This document shows positions 1 through 8,222 of a stretch of DNA of 23,950 nucleotides, piece by piece (position 1 is the first letter of the stretch; every line of letters begins with the position of its first letter). Under the pieces are notes generated by a model that saw nothing but the letters and a program-made list of their open reading frames with translations, searched no databases and had not been told where the DNA came from. Source of the DNA: a virus. Its lineage: Duplodnaviria; Heunggongvirae; Uroviricota; Caudoviricetes. The position numbers were made by a program, and so were the translations under genes. Location of the stretch: IMG/VR virus record IMGVR_UViG_2563366917_000002; one strand, 5' to 3'.

Positions 1-1143
1 CTATGCTGTTTTGATATCTACGATAATCCAGTCTTTACCACGATCATCATTGTATCGGTCGGTCATTTTTCTGGATTTATGGCCTAACAACTTTTGCGTA
101 TCCAGACCCTGTTCCCGATATAACCGTTCTGACAGAGATCGCTGCTCATGAAATGTGGGCGCAGTTCCTTGCTCCCATTTTATGCCACATTTTTCCCGGG
201 CCTTTTTAAAAGCCGTTGTCAGAGTATTCGCAGAAACCTGGTCTCCTCTGTTTGCTTGAGAGGTAGTGTGACGGTAATGGACCAGATATTTACTAACAAC
301 AGCATCCCTGCACTGAGATATAACTTCACGAAGGGTAATATTCAGAGCATCGCATTTCAGGTTAAGCGGAATAGCAAGTTTTGAACCGGTTTTTTCCTGA
401 GTAATGTGCAACATGTCGTCCCATATATCAGAGAATTTCAAATTGCAGATATCGCCTAAACGTTGTCCAGTAACAAGAGCAAGTAGCATGCCGCATTTTA
501 AATAGGGCTGCCGTCTGCTTACGCTGTCAAATATTGCCTGCCATTCGGGCAGTGACAATCTTTGGCGGTTTACTCGATTTCGTGGTTGTTTTGTTGCCTG
601 CGCTGGGTTAAATCCTGGCGGAACATGTCCTGCGTGTTGTGCTTCTTTGAAGACGTCGATCAACACCATTCTCACGACTTGCGCCATCCTGTTATGACCT
701 TCAGCCTTTACAGCATCAATTATTTCGGCAATATCAAGTGCGGTAATATCCTTGAGGTGTTGCATTCCACAATGCTCACGGAAAAGACGAATGGGTTTGC
801 CTTTTTGCCGATAGGAGTTGGGTCTTAGTTCATTATGTTGCAGCCTGTCCTCTTGGATAGAAATATATTTATCAAGCCATTCTGTCACCGTAATGTCTGA
901 GCGCCTGCCTTTCATTCTTTCCAGACGCTCATTGACGCTTAATATTTGTCTGGTACGTTGTTCAGCAATAATGGTATTTGCTTCAGTAGCAACTTGTTTT
1001 GCTTCATTCTCATCAGTTCCTAAGCTATGAAAACGACCGGATAGTGGATGTTTGTATTGCCAATATACCTTTCCGGTTCGCTTATCTAATTTGCAATATA
1101 AATTGGGTATAGAGATTTTGTGAGATCGGGGTCTAGCAGCCAT
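1..1143 (-). CDS. int: phage integrase, lambda-family tyrosine recombinase; the stop codon sits at the window edge
   Basis: 380-aa ORF with a tyrosine-recombinase C-terminus (...HKSRKMTDRYNDDRGKDWIIVDIKTA). Its start overlaps the upstream xis ORF by 11 nt, as in lambdoid int-xis cassettes. Confidence 0.9.
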   Translation of the reverse strand: MAARPRSHKISIPNLYCKLDKRTGKVYWQYKHPLSGRFHSLGTDENEAKQVATEANTIIAEQRTRQILSVNERLERMKGRRSDITVTEWLDKYISIQEDRLQHNELRPNSYRQKGKPIRLFREHCGMQHLKDITALDIAEIIDAVKAEGHNRMAQVVRMVLIDVFKEAQHAGHVPPGFNPAQATKQPRNRVNRQRLSLPEWQAIFDSVSRRQPYLKCGMLLALVTGQRLGDICNLKFSDIWDDMLHITQEKTGSKLAIPLNLKCDALNITLREVISQCRDAVVSKYLVHYRHTTSQANRGDQVSANTLTTAFKKAREKCGIKWEQGTAPTFHEQRSLSERLYREQGLDTQKLLGHKSRKMTDRYNDDRGKDWIIVDIKTA

Positions 1144-1369
1144 CAGCGATTATCCTTTGGAGTTTTGGGTTTGCGTTTATTGGGAGTTGCGGTTCTGCAA
1201 GCGTTCCTACAAAACGGGAATTTCGGTCAATCATCCAGTAGCGACCAACTTTTATAGCGGGTGGGGCCATCATTTTCCCTTGCGCGTATTTTTTCAGAAC
1301 TCGCTCACTTGGTGCTAAGTCCCCAAATTCTTCTTTAGCCCAGTCCTGTAAAGTGATTAGTCGAGACAT
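1133..1369 (-). CDS. xis: excisionase-like protein
   Basis: 78-aa ORF directly upstream of and overlapping int. AGGAGGA Shine-Dalgarno lies 6-7 nt upstream of the ATG. Assignment rests on position and size. Confidence 0.7.
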   Translation of the reverse strand: MSRLITLQDWAKEEFGDLAPSERVLKKYAQGKMMAPPAIKVGRYWMIDRNSRFVGTLAEPQLPINANPKLQRIIADGC

Positions 1370-1508
1370 TTGTCCTCCTCTTAGCTGCTGAGGGAGTTTG
1401 TGACCGATATATCTGACATGATATTAAGCTCATGGCAGGTACATCTCTTGACTGGTCATAGAGATAAATTTAATGCTGAGAAATGCAGTATTGAATTTAT
1501 CAATTTTT

Positions 1509-1748
1509 CTATTTCCTGCGCATGTCACGTAACTTCTTAATGTGTTCTGCCGTTTCGATCTCTTCTGCTATCCGATCTGCATCAGCTTTATTCACAGGTT
1601 CAAAGTCATGATTAAAGCGGAACATGCTGGCGATACATGTTCTGCCTTTTCGGATGTAGTGAACTTTGTTGTGGGTAGAACGCAGGATTTTGCAGGGAGT
1701 GCCGTGGTGGTCGACGTACCAGGTGTTAGGGTCAATCACTCTGAACAT
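1509..1748 (-). CDS. hypothetical phage protein (b-region)
   Basis: 79-aa ORF in the leftward early operon between xis and exo. No recognisable motif. Confidence 0.45.
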   Translation of the reverse strand: MFRVIDPNTWYVDHHGTPCKILRSTHNKVHYIRKGRTCIASMFRFNHDFEPVNKADADRIAEEIETAEHIKKLRDMRRK

Positions 1749-2061
1749 TCTTGACCTTGTGTTGTGCGGATTGATATTCAGTGCTGATATTCACCTTTAT
1801 AGCGAACACCTTTACCGGTTTATCGCCAAAGTGCGGATGTGTGATTGTCTTCACTTCATATCCGTCATACGGAACATCAATTCTGCGACTGGAATCGTCG
1901 CGCTTCGGATATCCCTTTGTGATAATCAGGCGGTCATATTCCCGGAACATAATTCGCTTATTCCAGTAGTCATTACACAAGCGATACTCTTCCGTTTTCT
2001 CTCCGCGAATCATGGCATCGAAGTATTCACTTTTAACAGCAAGTTGCAGGTTAGCCATCAC
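1732..2061 (-). CDS. hypothetical phage protein (b-region)
   Basis: 109-aa ORF, same strand, overlapping the neighbouring ORFs by a few codons, which suggests operon packing. Confidence 0.5.
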   Translation of the reverse strand: MMANLQLAVKSEYFDAMIRGEKTEEYRLCNDYWNKRIMFREYDRLIITKGYPKRDDSSRRIDVPYDGYEVKTITHPHFGDKPVKVFAIKVNISTEYQSAQHKVKNVQSD

Positions 2062-2279
2062 TTAATCCCCCTTTGTTTGCGGATAAGCTCCAGATCTTGC
2101 TGGCAACTGGCGCAAGTCCGACAACCCTGAACGGCCAGGCGTCTTCGTTCATCTATCGGATCGCCACACTCACAACAATGAGTGGCAGATACAGCCAGGT
2201 AGTTCAGGCGGCGCATTTTTATTGCTGTGTTGCGCTGTAATTCTTCTATTTCTGATGCTGAATCAATGATGTCTGCCAT
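2058..2279 (-). CDS. TraR/DksA-family C4 zinc-finger protein
   Basis: 73-aa ORF with a CxxC...17 residues...CxxC pattern (CCECGDPIDERRRLAVQGCRTCASC), typical of phage TraR/DksA-like proteins. Confidence 0.7.
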   Translation of the reverse strand: MADIIDSASEIEELQRNTAIKMRRLNYLAVSATHCCECGDPIDERRRLAVQGCRTCASCQQDLELIRKQRGIK

Positions 2280-2331
2280 CTTTCATTAATCCCTGAACTG
2301 TTGGTTAATACGCTTGAGGGTGAATGCGAAC

Positions 2332-2356
2332 AATAAAAAAGGAGCCTGTAGCTCCC
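2332..2356 (-). terminator. intrinsic terminator inside the leftward (pL) operon, presumably read through under N antitermination
   Basis: Plus strand has A7 (2334-2340) followed by ggagc-ctgta-gctcc (2341-2355). On the minus strand this is a GC hairpin followed by a U-tract. Confidence 0.5.
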
Positions 2357-2472
2357 TGATAATTTTGCTTTTCATGTTCATCGTTCCTTAAAGACGCCGT
2401 TTAACATGCCGATTGCCAGGCTTAAATGAGTCGGTGTGAATCCCTTCAGCGTTACCGTTTCGCGGTGCTTCT

Positions 2473-2655
2473 TCAGTACGCTACGGCAAATGTCATTGAC
2501 GTTTTTGGAAACTGCTGTCTGACTTTTTTGATTTCAGAATTAGCCTGACGGGCAATGCTGCGAAGGGCGTTTTCTTGCTGAGGTGTCACTGAACAAGCCC
2601 CATGTCGGCAAGCATAAGCACACAGAATATGAAGCCCGCTGCCAGAAAAATGCAT
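2473..2655 (-). CDS. small hypothetical protein (lambda orf61-position ORF); frame and start uncertain
   Basis: 60-aa ORF in the ea8.5/orf61 position. The C-terminal half is hydrophilic and protein-like. A competing 27-codon hydrophobic ORF in another frame (2586-2669) is translationally coupled to the upstream gene. Confidence 0.3.
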   Translation of the reverse strand: MHFSGSGLHILCAYACRHGACSVTPQQENALRSIARQANSEIKKVRQQFPKTSMTFAVAY

Positions 2656-2665
2656 TCAGTGGTTG

Positions 2666-2857
2666 TCATACCTGGTCTCTCTCATCTGCTTCTGCTTTCG
2701 CCACCATCATTTCCAGCTTTTGTGAAAGGGATGTGGCTAACGTATGAAATTCTTCGTCTGTTTCTGCTGGTATTGGCACAAACCTGACTCCAATTTGAGC
2801 AAGGCTATGTGCCAAATCAATACTCGTTCTTAACTCAACAGGAGATGCTTTGTGCAT
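2666..2857 (-). CDS. small phage protein, lambda orf63-like (DUF1382-type)
   Basis: 63-aa ORF that resembles my recollection of lambda orf63, in the expected position downstream of exo. Confidence 0.5.
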   Translation of the reverse strand: MHKASPVELRTSIDLAHSLAQIGVRFVPIPAETDEEFHTLATSLSQKLEMMVAKAEADERDQV

Positions 2858-3018
2858 ACCGCCCCCCGTTTATTATTTATCTCCTCAGCCAGCCGCTGGG
2901 CTTTCAGCGGATTTCGGATAACAGAAAGACCGTGAAATACCCAGCCTCGCTTTGTAACGGAGTAGACGAAAGTGATCGCGCCTACCCGGATATTATCGTG
3001 AGGATGGGTCATCGCCAT
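2830..3018 (-). CDS. small phage protein, lambda orf60a-like (DUF1317-type)
   Basis: 62-aa ORF immediately downstream of exo, overlapping the exo stop region. Resembles recalled lambda orf60a. Confidence 0.5.
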   Translation of the reverse strand: MAMTHPHDNIRVGAITFVYSVTKRGWVFHGLSVIRNPLKAQRLAEEINNKRGAVCTKHLLLS

Positions 3019-3689
3019 TGCTCTCCAAATACAAAACCAATTTCAGCCAGTGCTTCGTCCATTTTTTCGATGAACTCCGGCACCATCTCGTCAAAACTCG
3101 CCATGTACTTTTCATCCCGCTCAACCACGACATAATGCAGGCCTTCACGCTTCATTCGTGGGTCATAGTTGGCAAAGTACCAGGCATCTTTTCGTGTCAC
3201 CCACATGCTGTACTGCACCTGGGCCATGTAAGCCGACTTTATGGCCTCGAAACCACCGAGCCGGAACTTCATGAAATCCCGGGAGGTAAACGGGCATTTC
3301 AGCTCAAGGCCATTGCCGTCACTGCATAAACCATCGGGAGAGCAGGCGGTGCGCATACTTTCGTCGCGATAGATGATCGGGGATTCAGTAACATTCACGC
3401 CGGAAGTGAATTCAAACAGGGTTCTGGCGTCGTTCTCGTACTGTTTTCCCCACGCCAGCGCCTTAGCATTAACTTCCGGAGCCACACCGGTGCAAACCTC
3501 AGCCAGCAGGGTGTGGAAGTAGGACATTTTCATGTCAGGCCACTTCTTTCCTGAGCGGGGCTTTGCTATCACGTTGTGAACTTCTGAAGCGGTGATGACG
3601 CCGAGCCGTAATTTGTGCCATGCATCATCCCCCTGTTCGACAGCTCTCACGTCGATCCCGGTACGCTGCAGGATAATGTCCGGTGTCAT
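3009..3689 (-). CDS. exo: lambda exonuclease (Red-alpha), 5'-3' dsDNA exonuclease
   Basis: 226-aa ORF ([40 protein letters not shown]...) near-identical to lambda Exo as recalled. Start overlaps the bet stop. Confidence 0.95.
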   Translation of the reverse strand: MTPDIILQRTGIDVRAVEQGDDAWHKLRLGVITASEVHNVIAKPRSGKKWPDMKMSYFHTLLAEVCTGVAPEVNAKALAWGKQYENDARTLFEFTSGVNVTESPIIYRDESMRTACSPDGLCSDGNGLELKCPFTSRDFMKFRLGGFEAIKSAYMAQVQYSMWVTRKDAWYFANYDPRMKREGLHYVVVERDEKYMASFDEMVPEFIEKMDEALAEIGFVFGEQWR

Positions 3690-4471
3690 GCTGCCACCTT
3701 CTGCTCAGTGGCTTTCTGTTTCAGGAATCCAAGAGCTTTCACTGCTTCGGCCTGTGTCAGTTCTGACGATGCGCGAATGTCGCGGCGAAATATCTGGGAA
3801 CAGAGCGGCAATAAGTCGTCATCCCATGTTTTGTCCAGGGCAATCAGCAGAGTGTTAATCTCCTGCATGGTTTCATCGTTAACCGGAGTGATGTCGCGTT
3901 CCGGCTGACGTTCTGCAGTGTATGCGGTATTTTCGACAATGCGCTCGGCTTCATCCTTGTCATAGATACCAGCAAATCCGAAGGCCAGACGGGCACACTG
4001 AATCATGGCTTTATGCCGTAACATCCGTTTGGGATGCGACTGCCACGGCCCCGTGATTTCTCTGCCTTCGCGGGTTTTGAATGGTTCGCGGCGGCATTCA
4101 TCCATCCACTCGGTAACGCAGATCGGATGATTGCGGTCTTTGCGGTAAATCCGGCATGTACATGATTCATTGTCCTGCTCAAAGTCCATACCATCAAACT
4201 GCTGGTTTTCATTGATGATGCGGGACCAGCCATCAACGCCCACCACCGGAACAATGCCGTTCTGCTTATCAGGGAAGGCGTAAATTTCTTTCGTCCACGG
4301 ATTAAGGCCGTACTGGTTGGCGACGATCAACAATGCGATGAACTGCGCATCGCTGGCATCACCTTTAAATGCCGTCTGGCGAAGAGTGGTGATCAGTTCC
4401 TGTGGGTCGACAGAATCCATGCCGACACGTTCAGCCAGCTTCCCTGCCAGCGTTGCGAGTGCTGTACTCAT
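3686..4471 (-). CDS. bet: Red-beta single-strand annealing protein
   Basis: 261-aa ORF ([66 protein letters not shown]...) matching lambda Bet as recalled. Confidence 0.95.
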   Translation of the reverse strand: MSTALATLAGKLAERVGMDSVDPQELITTLRQTAFKGDASDAQFIALLIVANQYGLNPWTKEIYAFPDKQNGIVPVVGVDGWSRIINENQQFDGMDFEQDNESCTCRIYRKDRNHPICVTEWMDECRREPFKTREGREITGPWQSHPKRMLRHKAMIQCARLAFGFAGIYDKDEAERIVENTAYTAERQPERDITPVNDETMQEINTLLIALDKTWDDDLLPLCSQIFRRDIRASSELTQAEAVKALGFLKQKATEQKVAA

Positions 4472-4476
4472 CCGTT

Positions 4477-4773
4477 TTATACCTCTGAATCAATATCAGC
4501 CTGATGGTGAGCAATGGTTTCAACTATGTACCGGATGTGTTCTGCTATGCGCTCCTGAAACTCAACATCGTCATCAAACGCACGGGTAATGGCTTTTTTG
4601 CTGGCCCCGTGGCGTTGTAAATGATCGATGCATAGCGATTCAAACAGGTGCTGGGGCAGGCCTTTTTCCATGTCGTCTGCCAGTTCTGCCTCTTTCTCTT
4701 CACGGGCGATCTGCTGGTAGTGACGCGCCCAGCTCTGAGCCTCAAGACGATCCTGAATGTAATAAGCGTTCAT
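4477..4773 (-). CDS. gam: Gam, RecBCD inhibitor (short GamS form only)
   Basis: 98-aa ORF ([60 protein letters not shown]...) matching the C-terminal 98 residues of lambda Gam. AGGAG lies upstream of the ATG. Confidence 0.9.
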   Translation of the reverse strand: MNAYYIQDRLEAQSWARHYQQIAREEKEAELADDMEKGLPQHLFESLCIDHLQRHGASKKAITRAFDDDVEFQERIAEHIRYIVETIAHHQADIDSEV

Positions 4774-4848
4774 GGCTGAACTCCTGAAAATGGCTGTGAA
4801 AATATCGCCCGCGAAATGCCAGGCTGATTAGGAAAACAGGAAAGGGGG

Positions 4849-4992
4849 TTAGTGAATGCTTTTGCTTGATCTCAGTTTCAGTATTAATATCCATTTTTTA
4901 TAAGCGTCGACGGCCTCACGAAACATCTTTTCATCGCCAATAAAAGTGGCGATAGTGAATTTAGTCTGGATAGCCATAATTGTTTGATCCAT
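4849..4992 (-). CDS. kil: Kil, host cell-division (FtsZ) inhibitor
   Basis: 47 codons ([47 protein letters not shown]) matching lambda Kil as recalled. Taken as the internal start of the 89-aa track ORF. Confidence 0.75.
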   Translation of the reverse strand: MDQTIMAIQTKFTIATFIGDEKMFREAVDAYKKWILILKLRSSKSIH

Positions 4993-5125
4993 TTTTTGGG
5001 ACTCCTGGCTGATTAAGTATGTCGATAAGGCGTTTCCATCCGTCACGTAATTTACGGGTGATTCGTTCAAGTAAAGATTCGGAAGGGCAGCCAGCAACAG
5101 GCCACCCTGCAATGGCATATTGCAT
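4961..5125 (-). CDS. cIII: cIII, FtsH protease inhibitor
   Basis: Hand translation from the ATG at 5125 gives [54 protein letters not shown] (54 aa), overlapping kil as in lambda. Below the 60-aa cutoff, so absent from the ORF track. Confidence 0.8.
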   Translation of the reverse strand: MQYAIAGWPVAGCPSESLLERITRKLRDGWKRLIDILNQPGVPKNGSNNYGYPD

Positions 5126-5197
5126 GGTGTGCTCCTTATTTATACATAACGAAAAACGCCTCGAGTGAAGCGTAATTGGTATGCGGTAACGCCGCGC

Positions 5198-5566
5198 TCA
5201 GGCGGCCTTGATAGTCATATCATCTGAATCAAATATTCCTGATGTATCGATATCGGTAATTCTTATTCCTTCACTACCATCCATTGGAGGCCATCCTTCC
5301 TGACCATTTCCATCATTCCAGTCGAACTCACACACAACACCATATGCATTTAAGTCGCTTGAAATTGCTATAAGCAGAGCATGTTGCGCCAGCATGATTA
5401 ATACAGCATTTAATACAGAGCCGTGTTTATTGAGTCGGTATTCAGAGTCTGACCAGAAATTATTAATCTGGTGAAGTTTTTCCTCTGTCATTACGTCATG
5501 GTCAATTTCAATTTCTATTGATGCTTTCCAGTCGTAATCAATGATGTATTTTTTGATGTTTGACAT
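5198..5566 (-). CDS. ea10: Ea10-like early protein
   Basis: 122-aa ORF in the lambda ea10 position between cIII and ral. Length matches lambda Ea10; sequence identity not independently verified. Confidence 0.55.
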   Translation of the reverse strand: MSNIKKYIIDYDWKASIEIEIDHDVMTEEKLHQINNFWSDSEYRLNKHGSVLNAVLIMLAQHALLIAISSDLNAYGVVCEFDWNDGNGQEGWPPMDGSEGIRITDIDTSGIFDSDDMTIKAA

Positions 5567-5582
5567 CTATTCATATCCTCAT

Positions 5583-5612
5583 AGATAAAAAATCGCCCTC
5601 ACACTGGAGGGC
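5583..5612 (-). terminator. intrinsic terminator between ral and ea10 (tL-type)
   Basis: Plus gccctc(5595-5600)-acactg-gagggc(5607-5612), preceded on plus by A-rich atagataaaaaatc. On the minus strand this is a hairpin followed by GAUUUUUUAUCU. Confidence 0.5.
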
Positions 5613-5748
5613 AAAGAAGATTTCCAATAATCAGAACAAGTCGGCTCCTGTTTAGTTACGAGCGACATTGCTCCGTGTATTCACTCGTTGGAATGAATAC
5701 ACAGTGCAGTGTTTATTCTGTTATTTATGCCAAAAATAAAGGCCACTA

Positions 5749-5949
5749 TCAGGCAGCTTTGTTGTTCTGTTTACCAAGTTCTCTGGCAATCATTGCCGTC
5801 GTTCGTATTGCCCATTTATCGACATATTTCCCATCTTCCATTACAGGAAACATTTCTTCAGGCTTAACCATGCATTCCGATTGCAGCTTGCATCCATTGC
5901 ATCGTTTGAATTGTCCACACCATTGATTTGTATCAATAGTCGTAGTCAT
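5749..5949 (-). CDS. ral: Ral, restriction alleviation protein
   Basis: 66-aa ORF (MTTTIDTNQWCGQFKRCNGCKLQSECMVKPEEMFPVMEDGKYVDKWAIRTTAMIARELGKQNNKAA) matching lambda Ral as recalled. Confidence 0.8.
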   Translation of the reverse strand: MTTTIDTNQWCGQFKRCNGCKLQSECMVKPEEMFPVMEDGKYVDKWAIRTTAMIARELGKQNNKAA

Positions 5950-6019
5950 ACGGATAGTCCTGGTATTGTTCCATCACATCTTGAGGATGCTCTTCGAACT
6001 CTTCAAATTCTTCTTCCAT
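5933..6019 (-). CDS. acidic 28-aa peptide, lambda orf28-like
   Basis: Hand translation MEEEFEEFEEHPQDVMEQYQDYPYDYDY*. Its stop overlaps the ral start. Too small for the ORF track. Confidence 0.45.
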   Translation of the reverse strand: MEEEFEEFEEHPQDVMEQYQDYPYDYDY

Positions 6020-6162
6020 ATATCACCTTAAATAGTGGATTGCGGTAGTAAAGATTGTGCCTGTCTTTTAACCACATCAGGCTCGGTGGTTCTCGTGTAC
6101 CCCTACAACGAGAAATCGGATAAACTCTATTCACCCCTACAGAGAGCAAAAGAGAAACGCCG

Positions 6163-6744
6163 ATGAACAACTCATGGTGGCAGGAACTAATGCATTTTTT
6201 CCTGCAAGGAATGACACTTAAACAGTTGATTCATATGCTAATCATCCTGATCATATTGATTATTGTTATGCCGGTAAGCGTAAAAGAATGGATAAACCTG
6301 CATAATCCAGAAATCCTTCCTCATTACTGGATGTATTACATCCTGTTGTTTTGCGTTAGCTATGTGCTTAACGGCGTTGTTAATTCCGCTTATCACGCTG
6401 TGACTGAAAGAATTGAGGTATTCGCTGCTCAGAAGCGCAAATCTAAAGAAGAAAAATATGTGCAAGATTTGTTTGATTCGTTAACTCTTGGAGAAAGAGC
6501 GTATTTGGCATTCGCTGTAGCCGCTAATAACCAGCTACAAACGGAAAAGGGCGCTCATGAATCAATTTCATTGCTCAAAAAAGGACTCCTCGTTCGAAGG
6601 CCTCCTGCTGTTGGATATCCTGATACCGACCGTTTCGTTATCCCTGAAAGCTATAGACATGAGTGCTACATTAGGTTTGCCGGGAAGGCAGACAGCCTTA
6701 TGGATGAACTTATCGCTCAGGATAAGCATGGCAAAAACAAGTAA
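6163..6744 (+). CDS. sieB: SieB superinfection exclusion protein (membrane)
   Basis: 193-aa ORF on the opposite strand between ral and N, as in lambda. Hydrophobic N-terminal half (LIHMLIILIILIIVMPV...). Matches lambda SieB as recalled. Confidence 0.85.
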   Translation: MNNSWWQELMHFFLQGMTLKQLIHMLIILIILIIVMPVSVKEWINLHNPEILPHYWMYYILLFCVSYVLNGVVNSAYHAVTERIEVFAAQKRKSKEEKYVQDLFDSLTLGERAYLAFAVAANNQLQTEKGAHESISLLKKGLLVRRPPAVGYPDTDRFVIPESYRHECYIRFAGKADSLMDELIAQDKHGKNK

Positions 6745-6760
6745 TTAGCAAATGAATTTA

Positions 6761-7033
6761 TCATCTCGCCGTCAGTTGTTTTGATTTCCGGTAGCCTGCC
6801 GCGTAAAGAGCTACGTTCGGAAGACAAGTTGAACCTTCATATTTTCTGGTCAACGTTGTCAGAGTTATCACTTCTGCTCTCATTGCTGGTTTGAGCTTGC
6901 ATTGCAAGACCACTCGTGAAGGGGTTGGCCTGTGTAGCTTGTCGGAGCTGATCGCCTCCTGACTTTGCAGATTTGCGCGACGAGCTCTACGGCGAGAAGC
7001 TGCGGTGCCTTTAAATTCTGTTTTTCTGGACAT
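6761..7033 (-). CDS. N: N-type transcription antiterminator, P22 gene-24-like
   Basis: Arginine-rich motif near the N-terminus (GTAASRRRARRA) and C-terminus ...VALYAAGYRKSKQLTAR resembling the P22 N homologue. Start chosen at the internal ATG 7033, which has a GGGAGG Shine-Dalgarno; the track ORF extends to 7105. Confidence 0.7.
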   Translation of the reverse strand: MSRKTEFKGTAASRRRARRANLQSQEAISSDKLHRPTPSRVVLQCKLKPAMRAEVITLTTLTRKYEGSTCLPNVALYAAGYRKSKQLTAR

Positions 7034-7131
7034 GGATTCCTCCCGAATAAACTTTGGCGATGCAATCTCGAAGCTCCTCCTGAGACGGTTGCTTCGGCAT
7101 TGCATCCCACAGCTTATGTGGTTGGGTGATC

Positions 7132-7177
7132 TGGCTTTTCAGCCACGTAGTCGAGAGTCGACGTTGTTTAAAGAGCC
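7132..7177 (-). promoter_or_regulatory. nutL: boxA plus boxB hairpin
   Basis: On the minus-strand RNA: boxA-like GCUCUUUAAACAA (plus 7163-7177), then boxB UGGCU-GAAA-AGCCA (plus 7132-7145), a 5-bp stem with a GAAA loop. Located between pL and N. Confidence 0.5.
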
Positions 7178-7199
7178 TGCCAGTCTGTTCCATTTGGCT

Positions 7200-7300
7200 T
7201 CCAGCGTCCTGCTGACGGTTAAATAGTACGATATGTACTTTACAAGATCAATACAATTTGTTGTAAGTTGGCGTGGTTTTTTATAACGCTTTGTATTTAA
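7200..7300 (-). promoter_or_regulatory. pL / OL region (leftward early promoter and operators)
   Basis: Intergenic AT-rich region upstream of N containing palindromes AGTACGATATGTACT (7225-7239) and TACAATTTGTTGTA (7252-7265). Exact promoter hexamers not resolved. Confidence 0.4.
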
Positions 7301-7469
7301 TAGTGTTGTTTTTTAGCGTGGATGTATTGCCTCGGCGATGTAAGGAGAGATCAGAATTGCGTGGTTTAGTGGGTTGCATCTATTTATTTTTCAATAAATA
7401 TAATTGGTTATGTGTTTTTAGGTGGGCGAACGTGAGGCAAAGAAAACCCGGCGCTGAGGCCGGGTTGTA

Positions 7470-8222
7470 TTATGCTGCAAGTCTCTTAACCCAAGTCTCT
7501 CTTTTGGAGAATGGTAGAACTTGGCTTGATTCATGGAAGAGTAAGGAGAGTTGTTGCATTTGATCACCAATTGCTTCGCTGTCTATAACAACAAATCTGT
7601 TGTTATACTCCTCACTTGAAGCTTTAAGATCAATTAGTTTCCCAAGCAATGAGTAAGCACTATTCCAGCTTCCTCCGTGTTTCACGCTTGATGTAAAAAC
7701 GTATTTAGGTATGTCGGTTTTTATTGTTACAGGGACGGTAATTTGATGTCCACTCAAGCCATATACGTTTTCACGAAGAGAAAGTGCGTCTCTAAGCTCT
7801 GTGTGATATAGATAATCAATAACCATACTTTCAAACTTTTCAGCTTGAACTGGCTGATACCAGTCTAACGACAAAGTTGATGCGAGTATACCAGCTCTAA
7901 TTATGTTCGATGTAATCGCACCGACATCCTTTTCTGTTGCCCAAGCAATGATTTCTCCTCGAGCATTGAGTTCTGCGCCTTCTTTAAGCAGTAATTGTCG
8001 TATCTCATCAAGTCGTTTTTTGGTAAGCGAGATCCCTCTTGCCTCCATATTCATTAAGGCATCGCATCTGTCACTAACTAAATACCTACCATTGACTTCA
8101 CGGATAAAGGCACCGACATGCTCTCCATCATCACAGTAAGTGAATGGACTGATAATTCTCAAGGTCTTGCCTATTGGATGGCATTCGAAACCTAGTTGTG
8201 AGATCACTGTTGAGCACATCAT
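7470..8222 (-). CDS. unknown protein, gene 2 of a two-gene module at the rexAB-equivalent locus
   Basis: 250-aa ORF. Its ATG overlaps the upstream gene's stop (ATGA). By eye the DNA is AT-richer than flanking phage genes. No Walker A, HEPN or obvious nuclease motif recognised. Confidence 0.6.
   Translation of the reverse strand: MMCSTVISQLGFECHPIGKTLRIISPFTYCDDGEHVGAFIREVNGRYLVSDRCDALMNMEARGISLTKKRLDEIRQLLLKEGAELNARGEIIAWATEKDVGAITSNIIRAGILASTLSLDWYQPVQAEKFESMVIDYLYHTELRDALSLRENVYGLSGHQITVPVTIKTDIPKYVFTSSVKHGGSWNSAYSLLGKLIDLKASSEEYNNRFVVIDSEAIGDQMQQLSLLFHESSQVLPFSKRETWVKRLAA

Noticed and set aside
1666-2130. 154-aa plus-strand ORF
   Set aside because: Antisense to two well-supported minus-strand genes (the 109-aa ORF and the TraR-like gene) inside a leftward operon. 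No ribosome-binding site or motif; likely a shadow ORF.
7005-7226. 73-aa plus-strand and 60-aa minus-strand ORFs over the N start / nutL / pL region
   Set aside because: They overlap the N start and the nutL boxA/boxB elements, and the region is better explained as regulatory RNA and promoter sequence.
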